A stretch of 64,000 nucleotides of DNA from an uncultured Bifidobacteriaceae bacterium (GTDB taxonomy: Bacteria > Acidobacteriota > Vicinamibacteria > Vicinamibacterales > UBA2999). Below the pieces are notes generated by a model. It saw only the letters and a program-made list of their open reading frames with translations, had not been told where the DNA came from and ran no database searches. Position 1 is the stretch's first letter; every line of letters starts with the position of its first letter. Below are positions 8,577-18,778 of this stretch, in pieces. The position numbers and the translations under genes are program-made. The stretch covers positions 151,811-215,810 of the forward strand of contig CAZUGF010000001.1 of NCBI GenBank assembly GCA_964619705.1, written 5' to 3'.

Positions 8577-9494
8577 ATGGCGCGCATGAACGGCTTCGTC
8601 CTCATGGCGGCCCTGCTCGGCGTGGTCGCGTTCGCGTGGGAGTCCCGGGCCCAGGGCGCCTACGACAGGGATGCCCTCAACACGTTCCGCGAGGGGCGTG
8701 TGAAGACGCTGCTGGCCGAGGATGGCTGGTTTACTGTCGCCGGTCTCCACTTCCTGAGCCCCGGCGAGAACCGCTTCGGCTCCGGCCCCCTCAACGACAT
8801 CGTCCTCGACTTTCCTGGGGTGCCCGCGCAGGCGGGCGTGGTCACGATGAGCGGCACGGACGTGACGATCCGCGCCGCCGAGGGGCAGCAGCTCGTCTAC
8901 AACGGCGAGCCCGCACGCGAAGGGGTGCTCCGGTTGAGCGCCGAGGGGCGTCCGGCGGATACCGTCCGCTACGGCGGCGTGTCCTTCTTCCTGCACTACA
9001 GCGGGCCGCGCCTGGCCCTGCGGGTCCGGAACACGGAGGCGCCGCTCCGCGTGGACTTCAAGGGCCTCAACTGGTACGAGCCGGATCCGGCCTTCCGGGT
9101 CATCGGTGCCTTCACGCCCCAGGCGGAGTCGAAGGTCGTGCAGGCGCCGAACATCCTCGGCGACCTCGAGCCGTTTACCGTCGCCGGGACCGTGACGTTC
9201 GATCTCGGGGGCGCGACGCACACGATGGAGGCATGGACCGCCGGCGAGCAGTTGTGGTTCGTGTTCCGGGACCTGACGAGCAGCGACACGACGTATCCCT
9301 CGGCGCGATTCCTCTACACGCCCGCCGCGAAGGACGGGCAGGTCGTGCTGGACTTCAACTACGCCCGCAACCCGCCGTGCGCCTATAACCCCTGGACCAC
9401 GTGTCCGCTGCCGCCGGGGATGAACCGCCTGTCGGTCCGCGTGGACGCCGGCGAGAAGCGCTACTTCACGGACGGGACCGAACCACGGAAGTAG
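8577..9494 (+). CDS. DUF1684 domain-containing protein (secreted)
   Basis: Signal peptide MARMNGFVLMAALLGVVAFA. C-terminal signature NYARNPPCAYNPWTTCPLPPGMNRL, typical of DUF1684. GGAGG lies upstream. Confidence 0.8.
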   Translation: MARMNGFVLMAALLGVVAFAWESRAQGAYDRDALNTFREGRVKTLLAEDGWFTVAGLHFLSPGENRFGSGPLNDIVLDFPGVPAQAGVVTMSGTDVTIRAAEGQQLVYNGEPAREGVLRLSAEGRPADTVRYGGVSFFLHYSGPRLALRVRNTEAPLRVDFKGLNWYEPDPAFRVIGAFTPQAESKVVQAPNILGDLEPFTVAGTVTFDLGGATHTMEAWTAGEQLWFVFRDLTSSDTTYPSARFLYTPAAKDGQVVLDFNYARNPPCAYNPWTTCPLPPGMNRLSVRVDAGEKRYFTDGTEPRK

Positions 9495-10123
9495 GGCTCG
9501 CCGCCTACATCGCCGTCGCCGCCGTCCTGGTCCTGACGCCCGGATCGACGACGGCGGTCGTCGTCCGGAACACGCTGGGCGGGGGACCGCGGGCCGGCCT
9601 GGCCGTCGCGGGCGGCGCCGCGCTTGCCAATGCCTCGCATGCGGCCGCGGCGGGCCTGGGGCTGGCGGTGCTGGTGGCGCGGTGGCCGCGGGTGCTGGAC
9701 GGCATGCGGATCGCCGGCGCGGTGTACCTGGCATTCCTGGGTGCCGGAAGCCTGCGGCGGGCGATGGTCCCCGTGGCTCCGGCGGCGGGCGCCGTGCCCG
9801 TCCTCGAGGCCGGGATGTCGTCCGCCGGCGCCGCGGCGGACGGCTGGGGCAGTTTCCGCGAAGGGCTGACCGTCAACCTGCTGAACCCGGCGATTGCCAC
9901 CTTCTACCTGGTGGTGGTCCCGACGTTCGTGCCCGCGGCGGCGCCGCGCGGGTACTTCGCCTGGCTGGCCGCGTTCCATGTGAGCCTGGCGTTCGTGTGT
10001 CATGCCGCCTGGGCGGCGGCCCTCGGCCGCGTGAGTGGCTGGCTGACCCGCCCGCCGGCGCGGCGCGTGCTCGAGGCGGCGACCGGCGTTGCGCTGCTGG
10101 GCCTGGCCGTCAGCATCCTGTAA
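9401..10123 (+). CDS. LysE/RhtB family amino-acid translocator (start codon uncertain)
   Basis: The TM1 motif AAVLVLTPGSTT (LTPGP-like) begins at about 9500, followed by LNPAIATFYL. The only canonical in-frame start upstream of TM1 is GTG 9401, which overlaps the DUF1684 gene by 94 nt. Confidence 0.6.
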   Translation: MSAAAGDEPPVGPRGRRREALLHGRDRTTEVGLAAYIAVAAVLVLTPGSTTAVVVRNTLGGGPRAGLAVAGGAALANASHAAAAGLGLAVLVARWPRVLDGMRIAGAVYLAFLGAGSLRRAMVPVAPAAGAVPVLEAGMSSAGAAADGWGSFREGLTVNLLNPAIATFYLVVVPTFVPAAAPRGYFAWLAAFHVSLAFVCHAAWAAALGRVSGWLTRPPARRVLEAATGVALLGLAVSIL

Positions 10124-10183
10124 AACACGGCCCGCCCGGCGTTACATTTCGTTACATCGCGGCCGGGACGCTACACTAGATGG

Positions 10184-10963
10184 ATGCTTGCTGATGTCCA
10201 GCAGGCCATCGAAGGGCTTCCACGCGACGAACCACTGATCGTTCTGGCGGACTTCGACGGCACGCTGGCGGAATTTCACCCCAATCCAGCGGCGCCCATG
10301 CTCACCGAGATCCGGCGCGAATGGCTCCGGGACATCGCCGCGCAGCCCCTGACCTTTGCGGGAATCGTGAGCGGCCGCCGCATTGCCGACCTGAGGCGGA
10401 GGGCCTCCCTGCCCCCCCACTGCTACTACGCCGGGCTGCACGGCATGGAGATCGAACAGGCGGGCCGGCGGTGGCAGCACCCGCACCTCGATCTGGCGCG
10501 CGCCGATGTCCAGGCGCTGTTTCCGGTGCTCGAGACGGTGGTGGAGCAGTATCCCGGCGCCCTGCTCGAGGACAAGAGCGTTTCGGTGGCCGTGCACGTC
10601 CGGGCGGTGGCCTACGACAAGCGCGCGGAGGCCCTGGCCGTTGCGGAGGCGTGTGCGGCGCCGTGGCTCGCGTCGGGGCGCCTGCGCCGGCTCGAGGGCT
10701 CTCTGGTCGTCGAGTTCCTGCCGAACCTGGCGTGCCACAAGGGCGATGCCACGGAGTGGATCGTGGAGGACGTGCAGGCCCGGACGGGGCTTCGGGCCTG
10801 GGTCGTGTTCCTGGGTGATGATGTGACGGATGAGGATGCGTTCCGGGCGATTACACGGGGCCTGGGCGTGCTCGTAGGATCCCGCCAGACGGCGGCCTCG
10901 CACCAACTGGACGGTATTGCGGACGTCGACACGCTCTTGAGGTGGTTGACCGCGAGAAAGTAA
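10184..10963 (+). CDS. otsB: Trehalose-6-phosphate phosphatase (HAD-IIB)
   Basis: HAD motif I LADFDGTL and C-terminal motif FLGDDVTDEDAF. Immediately upstream of otsA. Confidence 0.88.
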   Translation: MLADVQQAIEGLPRDEPLIVLADFDGTLAEFHPNPAAPMLTEIRREWLRDIAAQPLTFAGIVSGRRIADLRRRASLPPHCYYAGLHGMEIEQAGRRWQHPHLDLARADVQALFPVLETVVEQYPGALLEDKSVSVAVHVRAVAYDKRAEALAVAEACAAPWLASGRLRRLEGSLVVEFLPNLACHKGDATEWIVEDVQARTGLRAWVVFLGDDVTDEDAFRAITRGLGVLVGSRQTAASHQLDGIADVDTLLRWLTARK

Positions 10964-10977
10964 GGTGTCGAAGAACG

Positions 10978-12504
<1,527 letters not shown>

Positions 12505-12522
12505 CCCGAACCATTTCATGAG

Positions 12523-12547
12523 GCCCGGAGTGGTTCGCCCTCCGGGC
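12523..12547 (+). terminator. GC-rich hairpin downstream of otsA (GCCCGGAG-9 nt-CTCCGGGC), no U-tract
   Basis: 8-bp stem seen directly in the sequence, 19 nt after the otsA stop. Confidence 0.3.
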
Positions 12548-12620
12548 TCCGGCCCCCGGCGGGCCTCCGCTCAGGGCTGGCGCGATCGGGCTCGCCTGTC
12601 GTTATCATGGGACTGCTGAC

Positions 12621-13385
12621 ATGACCCGACACGTACATCATCTTGCTCTCGCCACGCTCCTCACGTTCCTCGTTCCCGCCCTCGCACGCGGCCAGGCGCC
12701 GGCGGCGCAGCCCGACGAGCCGCCTCCACCTCCGCCGGGGTGGACCGGATCCTTCGGCGCGGGCCTGGCCCTCACCCAGGGCAACAGCGACACGTCGACC
12801 GTGAACGTGGCCTACGACGTCCTCCGCGACACCGGCTCGAACGTGCTGTTCAAGAGCGCGGGCCTCTACATCCGGGGCGAGTCGGAGGGCACGCGGACCA
12901 CCGACCGCCTGTCCCTGGACGCCCGTGTCGATCGCAAGCTGTCGGAGCGCGCGTCGCTCTTCGGCCAGCTGGCGTACCTGAGCGACGAGTTCAAGGAGAT
13001 CGACTACCTGGCCTCGCCCGCGATCGGCGCCTCTTACTTCCTGGCGAAGAACGAGCGGACCGAGCTGGCCGTCGACGGCGGCGTCGGCATGGTGTGGGAG
13101 AAGAACGCCGGCCGCAGCGTCCAGACGGACGGCGCCGTGGTGGCCGGTCAGACCTTCAAGCTCGTGCTGAGCGAGACCGCCACGTTCACCGAGCGCTCGA
13201 GCGCCCTGTGGAAGATGGGCGACTTCGACGACGGCCTGTATGTCTTCGGCGTCGCGCTCGCGGCCAGCGTGACGACGCACACGCAGATCAAGGCCGAGCT
13301 GCTCAACACCTTCAAGAACAGGCCGCCCGACGACGTGAAGAAGAACGACGTCGCGGTGCTGCTCTCGTTCGTCTACACGTACTGA
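12621..13385 (+). CDS. DUF481 (YdiY-like) outer-membrane beta-barrel protein
   Basis: Signal peptide, then GLALTQGNSDTSTVN and an alternating beta-strand pattern. Ends in an aromatic residue (FVYTY). Confidence 0.75.
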   Translation: MTRHVHHLALATLLTFLVPALARGQAPAAQPDEPPPPPPGWTGSFGAGLALTQGNSDTSTVNVAYDVLRDTGSNVLFKSAGLYIRGESEGTRTTDRLSLDARVDRKLSERASLFGQLAYLSDEFKEIDYLASPAIGASYFLAKNERTELAVDGGVGMVWEKNAGRSVQTDGAVVAGQTFKLVLSETATFTERSSALWKMGDFDDGLYVFGVALAASVTTHTQIKAELLNTFKNRPPDDVKKNDVAVLLSFVYTY

Positions 13386-13394
13386 CGCCGCGGC

Positions 13395-13907
13395 TTACGC
13401 CCGCTCGACGAGGCGGAGGTGCCCGATGTGATGCCGGCCGTGCCAGGCATACATCTGGAGCAGCCAGTCGATCGAGACGGGGCCGTGGTCCGGGTGCACG
13501 GCGGTCCGGGCGAAGTCGTCCGGGCCGAGCGCACGGAGCACGGCGTGCAGCCGGCGATGGAGGCCCTCCAGGATCGCGAGGGACACGGACGGGTCCTCCG
13601 TCCGCCCGTCCACCAGGTTGGCCCACTGATCCTGCTCGTACGGCTTGATCGGCGGGTTCTCCTCCGTCAGCGCCAGCTTGATGCGGATGTAGGCGTTCAG
13701 ATGGCTGTCGGCGACGTGGTGGACGACCTGCCGCGCCGTCCAGCCGCCCTCCCGATACGGCGTGTCCAGGCGATCCGTCCCGAGGGACGCGACCGCCGGC
13801 CTGATCTCGGACGGCAGGGCGCCGATGGCGGCAATCCAGGCCGCGCGCTTCTCCGGCGTGACGGCCGCGTCGAACTCGAATCGACCGGTGGGGTACCGTG
13901 GGTCCAT
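13395..13907 (-). CDS. DinB/YfiT-family metal-dependent hydrolase (bacillithiol-transferase-like)
   Basis: MDPRYPTGRFEF start at 13907. His triad motifs VVHHVADSHLNAY and WHGRHHIGHL. Confidence 0.8.
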   Translation of the reverse strand: MDPRYPTGRFEFDAAVTPEKRAAWIAAIGALPSEIRPAVASLGTDRLDTPYREGGWTARQVVHHVADSHLNAYIRIKLALTEENPPIKPYEQDQWANLVDGRTEDPSVSLAILEGLHRRLHAVLRALGPDDFARTAVHPDHGPVSIDWLLQMYAWHGRHHIGHLRLVERA

Positions 13908-13971
13908 GGGCCGATCATACGGCGAACACCCGGCCCAACCAATTCCGCTGACCCCCGTCAAAGAAACAGGG

Positions 13972-14535
13972 ATGCAGGAAGCCGACCGGATCGCGGTGGC
14001 CCGGGCGTCGGCGGGCGACTCGGACGCCTTCCGCGCCCTCGTCGAGTGCCACAGCCGCTACCTGTTCTCCGTGGCCCAGCGGCTCACGGGGAGTGCGGCG
14101 GATGCCGAGGATGCCGTCCAGGAGGCCTGGCTCAAGGCCCACCGGCAGCTCGCACGGTTCGAGCAGCGCGCGGACGTCCGGACCTGGCTCCACCGGATCA
14201 CGGTCAACTGCGCGATCGATCTCATCCGCGCCCGCCGCCATCGCGAGCTGGCCCACGACCCGGCGGACCTCGAGCAGGGACCGCTGAGCGAACGCGGGAG
14301 CGGCCGCCAGGCGACACCGGAGCGGCTGGCCGAGAGCGGACAGATCGGGGAGCGCGTGACGGCGGCCATGTCCGCGCTGACGGCGCTCGAGCGCGCCGCC
14401 TTCACGCTCCGGCACATGGAAGGCATGTCGATCGACGAGGTGGGCGCGGCCCTGGGGCTCAAGACGAGCGCCGCCAAGCACAGCATCTTCCGCGCGGTGC
14501 GCAAGATGCGCGTCGCCCTCGAACCGGTGGCGTGA
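13972..14535 (+). CDS. ECF (sigma-70 family, group IV) RNA polymerase sigma factor
   Basis: Region 2 is DAEDAVQEAWLKAHRQL..F..WLHRITVNCAIDLIR. Region 4 HTH is LERAAFTLRHMEGMSIDEVGAALGLKTSAAKHSIFRAVRKMR. ATG 13972 lies in the frame of ORF 13762..14535. Confidence 0.9.
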   Translation: MQEADRIAVARASAGDSDAFRALVECHSRYLFSVAQRLTGSAADAEDAVQEAWLKAHRQLARFEQRADVRTWLHRITVNCAIDLIRARRHRELAHDPADLEQGPLSERGSGRQATPERLAESGQIGERVTAAMSALTALERAAFTLRHMEGMSIDEVGAALGLKTSAAKHSIFRAVRKMRVALEPVA

Positions 14536-14551
14536 CCAGGGACCTGGACCG

Positions 14552-15373
14552 ATGACACACGATCACCCCGCGGCCCCCGGCGGCCACCTGAGCGAGGACG
14601 CACTGGTCCTCCACTACTACGCGGACACCGAGCCGGACCTGCGGCCGTCGGTCGAGGCGCACCTGGCGGCCTGCGAGGAGTGCCGCGCCGCGCTCACGCG
14701 CCTGACCCAGGTCCTCGCCCTCGTCGAGTCGCACGTGGACACGCCCGCGCCGGATGGGTTCGAGCGCGTGATGTGGGCGCGCGTCCAGGAGCAGCTGCCC
14801 GCGTCGCGAGCGGCCGGATGGCGGCGATGGCTCCTGCCGCGATCCCTCACGCTGGCGGGCGCCGCGGCAGTACTGGTGCTGGCGGCGTTCGTGGCCGGCC
14901 GATGGTCGAGCGGTCCGCCAGGCCCGCCAGGTCCGGGGGCCCCGGTGACGCCGGCGGATCCCTCGGCGACGCCGTCCGCCGCGCCCGGCTCCGCACCGGA
15001 TCGCGTGCTCCTCGTGGCGGTGGGCGAACACCTGGACCGCTCGCAGATGGTCCTCGTGGAGCTCCTCAACCAGGAGCCCGGGGCGGGGATCGGGCCCGCG
15101 GGCGATCGCGAGCGGGCCGCGGATCTCGTGGCCGCGAACCGCCTGATTCGGCAGTCCGCGGATCTCGCGGGCGAAGCCGCCGTCTCCGGCGTGCTGGACG
15201 ACCTGGAGCGCGTGCTCATCGAGATCGCGAACGGGTCGGACGAGACCTCCGCGGAGGAGCTGCAGCAGCTCCGGACGCGCATCGAATCGCGCGGCATCCT
15301 GTTCCGGATGCGCGTGATCACATCGGACGTCCGGGAGCGGCAGCAGTACCGTCCCGGCGTGCCGCGTACCTAG
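14552..15373 (+). CDS. Anti-sigma factor, zf-HC2 type, single-pass membrane protein
   Basis: H-x3-C-x2-C motif (EAHLAACEECRAAL), one TM (LTLAGAAAVLVLAAFVAG) and a Pro-rich linker. Starts 16 nt after the sigma gene. Confidence 0.8.
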   Translation: MTHDHPAAPGGHLSEDALVLHYYADTEPDLRPSVEAHLAACEECRAALTRLTQVLALVESHVDTPAPDGFERVMWARVQEQLPASRAAGWRRWLLPRSLTLAGAAAVLVLAAFVAGRWSSGPPGPPGPGAPVTPADPSATPSAAPGSAPDRVLLVAVGEHLDRSQMVLVELLNQEPGAGIGPAGDRERAADLVAANRLIRQSADLAGEAAVSGVLDDLERVLIEIANGSDETSAEELQQLRTRIESRGILFRMRVITSDVRERQQYRPGVPRT

Positions 15374-15397
15374 CCCGGACGATCAGGAGTCGCATTC

Positions 15398-16705
15398 ATG
15401 AACGTGTTCACGACCACCGGCGTTGCGCATTCGGTCCTGGCCCTCGCCCTTGCCGGTGTGCCGGCGTGGGCGGCGGTCCCCGCCGGGCTCGAGCCGGCCG
15501 GCCGCGCGCAGGACGCCACACGCGAGAGCGCCGCGCGCGAGCGGGCGCAGGCCGAGCGGGACCGCGCGCGGGAGCAGGAACGGCGCGCCCGCGCCACCGA
15601 GGAGTATCAGGCGGGGCAGGAGGCACTGGAGAACGCCGAGTGGGCCCGGGCCGTGGAGCGGTTCGCCCGTGTCGCGGCCGCCCGGGCCACGCGCGTGGAC
15701 GCGGCGATGTACTGGATGGCCTACGCGCAGAGCAAGCTCGCGCAGCAGGCCGACGCGCTCGCCACGCTCGCGGACCTCACCAGGTCCTTCCCCGAGAGCC
15801 GGTGGCTGAGCGACGCCCGGGCGCTCGAGATCGAGGTCCGGCAGAACGTCGGCCAGCCCGTGCGGCCGGAGGCCCAGGCCGACGAGGACCTGAAGCTCCT
15901 GGCCATCCAGGGGCTGCAGCACTCCGATCCGGCGCGCGCGATGCCGATGCTCAGGGCGTTCCTGGAAAGCGCGCAGTCCCCCAGGCTCAAGGAGCGCGCG
16001 TTGTTCGTCCTGGCCCAGAGCGGCTCGCCGGAGGCGCGGCAGGTCCTCACCGATATCGCGCGCGGCTCGGCGAACCCGGACGTCCAGCGAAAGGCCATCC
16101 AGTACCTCGGCATCCACGGCAGCCCGCAGAACCGGGAGGCGCTCGCGGCCATCTACGCGGCGTCGGCCGACGTGGACGTCAAGCGCCAGATCCTGCGCGC
16201 CTACATGGTGTCCGGCGACCGCGCCCGCGTGCTGACGGCGGCGACCGCGGAGCAGACACCGGAGTTGCGCGTCGAGGCCGTCCGCCAGCTCGGCGTCATG
16301 GGCGCCCGGGAGGAGCTCTGGCAGCTCTACCAGAAGGAGTCGGCGATGGAAGTCAAGCGCCAGATCCTTCAGGCGCTGTTCGTCGGCGGCGATGCCGCGC
16401 GGCTCATCGATGTCGCGAACACCGAGGCCGATGCGGACCTGCGGCGTGTGGCGGTCCGCCAGCTCGGCACGATGGGCGCGCCGCGCACAGGGGATGCACT
16501 CGTCGCCCTCTACGACAAGGAGACGGACGCGGGGATCAAGCGCCTCGTGATTCAGGCCCTCTTCGTCCAGGACAATGCCGCGGCGCTCGTGGCGCTCGCC
16601 CGCAAGGAAACCGACATCGCGCACCGCAAGGACATCGTCCAGAAGCTGTCGCTGATGAAGTCCAAGGTCGCCATGGATTACCTGCTGGAGATTCTGGGCA
16701 AGTGA
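15398..16705 (+). CDS. Secreted HEAT-repeat protein (with N-terminal TPR-like/YfiO-like segment)
   Basis: Signal peptide, an Arg/Glu-rich coiled segment, then repeated HEAT-like units (NPDVQRKAIQYLG, DVDVKRQILRAY, TPELRVEAVRQLG, AMEVKRQILQAL, DADLRRVAVRQLG, DAGIKRLVIQAL). Confidence 0.75.
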   Translation: MNVFTTTGVAHSVLALALAGVPAWAAVPAGLEPAGRAQDATRESAARERAQAERDRAREQERRARATEEYQAGQEALENAEWARAVERFARVAAARATRVDAAMYWMAYAQSKLAQQADALATLADLTRSFPESRWLSDARALEIEVRQNVGQPVRPEAQADEDLKLLAIQGLQHSDPARAMPMLRAFLESAQSPRLKERALFVLAQSGSPEARQVLTDIARGSANPDVQRKAIQYLGIHGSPQNREALAAIYAASADVDVKRQILRAYMVSGDRARVLTAATAEQTPELRVEAVRQLGVMGAREELWQLYQKESAMEVKRQILQALFVGGDAARLIDVANTEADADLRRVAVRQLGTMGAPRTGDALVALYDKETDAGIKRLVIQALFVQDNAAALVALARKETDIAHRKDIVQKLSLMKSKVAMDYLLEILGK

Positions 16706-16742
16706 TGACGCACGGGCCGGGCTCGTGCAGCGGGAGACCGTC

Positions 16743-17564
16743 ATGAAGACACCGGGTCTCGTCGTCTGGATCGTGTGTGCGCTGGCGGCGGCCGGGGCCG
16801 GCGCGCAGCCGGCGGGGCTGGCCAACGCCCGGGTCGAGACCAGGGCCGTCGCCGGCCCGCTCGATGCGGCGCTCGAGCGCGGCATCGCCGGCACGGCCGG
16901 ACCCGCGTGGATTGCCTACGAGGTGCCGCTGGCGGCGGGCGATCGCTTCGTGTGTGATTGGAACGCGCGGGACCGAGCGCTGCCGCCGGTCACGACGGTC
17001 AAGCTCGACGGCCCTTCCGTGCTGCGGGTCTTCTACCGCATCGAGGATCGCGCCGTGACGCGGATCCGGATGTTCTCGGAGGGCTGCAGCATCGATGCGG
17101 GCGACCGGCCCGTGCTGTGGCTCACGGGCGTCCGGCCGGACGACAGCGTGGCCGTCCTTCGCGCCTACGCCGCCGGCGACGCCGACAGGCGCGTGCGGGA
17201 TGGTGCGCTGGCCGCCCTGTCGCTGCACGCGGATCCCTCCGCGACGACGGCGATGATCGCGGTCGCGCGGACCGGCCAGACGCCGCAGCTTCGCGGACAG
17301 GCACTGTTCTGGCTGGCACAGCGAGCCGGGGAACAGGCTGTCGGCGCCATCACGGACGCGGTGGCGAACGATCCCGACACGGCCGTCAGGAAGCGCGCGG
17401 TGTTTGCCCTGAGTCAACTGCCCGGTGGCGAGGGCGTGCCGCGCCTGATCGAGGTGGCGCGCACGCACTCGAACGCCGCCGTCCGCAAGCAGGCGATGTT
17501 CTGGCTCGGGCAGTCGCGCGATCCGCGCGCCCTCGCGTTCTTCGAGTCGATCCTCGTCAAGTAG
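16743..17564 (+). CDS. Secreted protein with C-terminal HEAT repeats
   Basis: ATG 16743 (MKTPGLVVWIVCALAAAGAGA signal). HEAT-like units DADRRVRDGALAAL, TPQLRGQALFWLAQ, DPDTAVRKRAVFAL, NAAVRKQAMFWLGQ. Confidence 0.7.
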   Translation: MKTPGLVVWIVCALAAAGAGAQPAGLANARVETRAVAGPLDAALERGIAGTAGPAWIAYEVPLAAGDRFVCDWNARDRALPPVTTVKLDGPSVLRVFYRIEDRAVTRIRMFSEGCSIDAGDRPVLWLTGVRPDDSVAVLRAYAAGDADRRVRDGALAALSLHADPSATTAMIAVARTGQTPQLRGQALFWLAQRAGEQAVGAITDAVANDPDTAVRKRAVFALSQLPGGEGVPRLIEVARTHSNAAVRKQAMFWLGQSRDPRALAFFESILVK

Positions 17565-17584
17565 GGCGGGGCTTCAGCCCCGCC
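17565..17584. repeat. REP-like hairpin GGCGGGGC-TTCA-GCCCCGCC directly after the stop codon (GTAG|GGCGG...)
   Basis: Perfect 8-bp stem with a TTCA loop. The preceding GTAG contains the TAG stop of the HEAT gene. May act as a terminator or mRNA stabiliser. Confidence 0.7.
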
Positions 17585-17633
17585 TTCCAACCCTCGGACG
17601 GCGCCCGCCATCCAACTGCCCGGGGTGCTCATC

Positions 17634-18731
17634 ATGCAGAGGCACGGCTGGCTCGTCATCGCGCTCGTCCTGTTCGTACCTGCCGCCCGCGCGGCGATGC
17701 TGCCGGGAGCGGCCGAGCGGCTGCAGGCGCCGCCGCCGGTCACCGGCGAGTGGACCGCGGATGCCCGTCAGGCATGGGCCGGAGACACCGGCGGGCCGCG
17801 GGTCCAGTTCCACCTGCGAAGCGAGGATGGGGCCGACCGCTGGGGCTTTGGCGTGCGCGTCGACGAGCTGGAGGGGTGGCCGCCGTCCGCCTTCGACGGC
17901 GTCGCGCGTGACGTCAGCTTCTCCTGGACGCGGGAGGCCGGCACCTTCAGGTTCAGCGGGTCCTTCGAGGGAGGGGAGGGCGCAGGACGCCACTCCTTCA
18001 CGCCCGATCCCGCGTTCCTTGCGGCCATGGCCGCGCTCGGCTACCGCTCCCTCACGCCGCAGGACGCCGTGCGGCTCGCAGTCATCGACGTGACCACCGC
18101 GTTCACCAGGGATCTGGGTCAGGCGGGGTATCAGGGTCTGCCGCTGGACGACCTGGTGCGCCTGCGCGTACACCGCGTGGAGGCCGCGACGATTCGCGAG
18201 CTGGCGACGCTCGGCTACCGGGACCTGACCGCCGATCAACTGGTGCGCATGGCCATCCACCGGGCCACGCCGGATGCCATCCGCGCGTTCGGGCGGGCCG
18301 GCCTCGACAACCTCTCCGTCGATCAGGTGGTCCGGCTGCGGATCCACCGCGTCACGCCGGAGTTCGTGCACGGCATTCGCTCCAGGGGTTACGACGACCT
18401 GACGGCTGCTGACATCGTCAAGCTGCGCATCCACAAGGTCTCCCTCGAGGAGATGGACGAGCTCAGGGCGCTCGGCTTCGGCCGCCTGGACATGGCGGAC
18501 CTGGTGAAGTTCCGGATCCACCGTGTCACCCCGGCCTTCGTCCGCGAGATGCGCGACGCGGGCTTTACCCAGGCGACGCCGGCCGAGCTCGTCCGCCTGC
18601 GCATCCACCGGGTCGATGGCCAGTTCGTCCGCGATGCGCGCGCGGACGGCTATCTCCTGACGGGACCGGCCGACGCCGTGGACCTGGCCATCCGGGGGCC
18701 GCGGTACACGCGGGTGCGCAAGACGCCGTAG
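17634..18731 (+). CDS. Secreted protein with eight tandem 29-residue repeats (LVRLRIHRVTPEFV-type), function unknown
   Basis: Signal peptide MQRHGWLVIALVLFVPAARA (GTG 17625 is an alternative start). Contiguous 29-aa units between nt 18015 and 18710. Confidence 0.7.
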   Translation: MQRHGWLVIALVLFVPAARAAMLPGAAERLQAPPPVTGEWTADARQAWAGDTGGPRVQFHLRSEDGADRWGFGVRVDELEGWPPSAFDGVARDVSFSWTREAGTFRFSGSFEGGEGAGRHSFTPDPAFLAAMAALGYRSLTPQDAVRLAVIDVTTAFTRDLGQAGYQGLPLDDLVRLRVHRVEAATIRELATLGYRDLTADQLVRMAIHRATPDAIRAFGRAGLDNLSVDQVVRLRIHRVTPEFVHGIRSRGYDDLTAADIVKLRIHKVSLEEMDELRALGFGRLDMADLVKFRIHRVTPAFVREMRDAGFTQATPAELVRLRIHRVDGQFVRDARADGYLLTGPADAVDLAIRGPRYTRVRKTP

Positions 18732-18778
18732 CGAGGCCGCACTACGGTAGAATCCCCTCGTTCCGGGAGGGATCGACC

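Noticed and set aside
13924-13959. ECF-type autoregulatory promoter (GAAC ... CGTC) upstream of the sigma factor gene
   Set aside because: The spacing between the GAAC and CGTC elements is 28 nt, far from the 16-17 nt expected.
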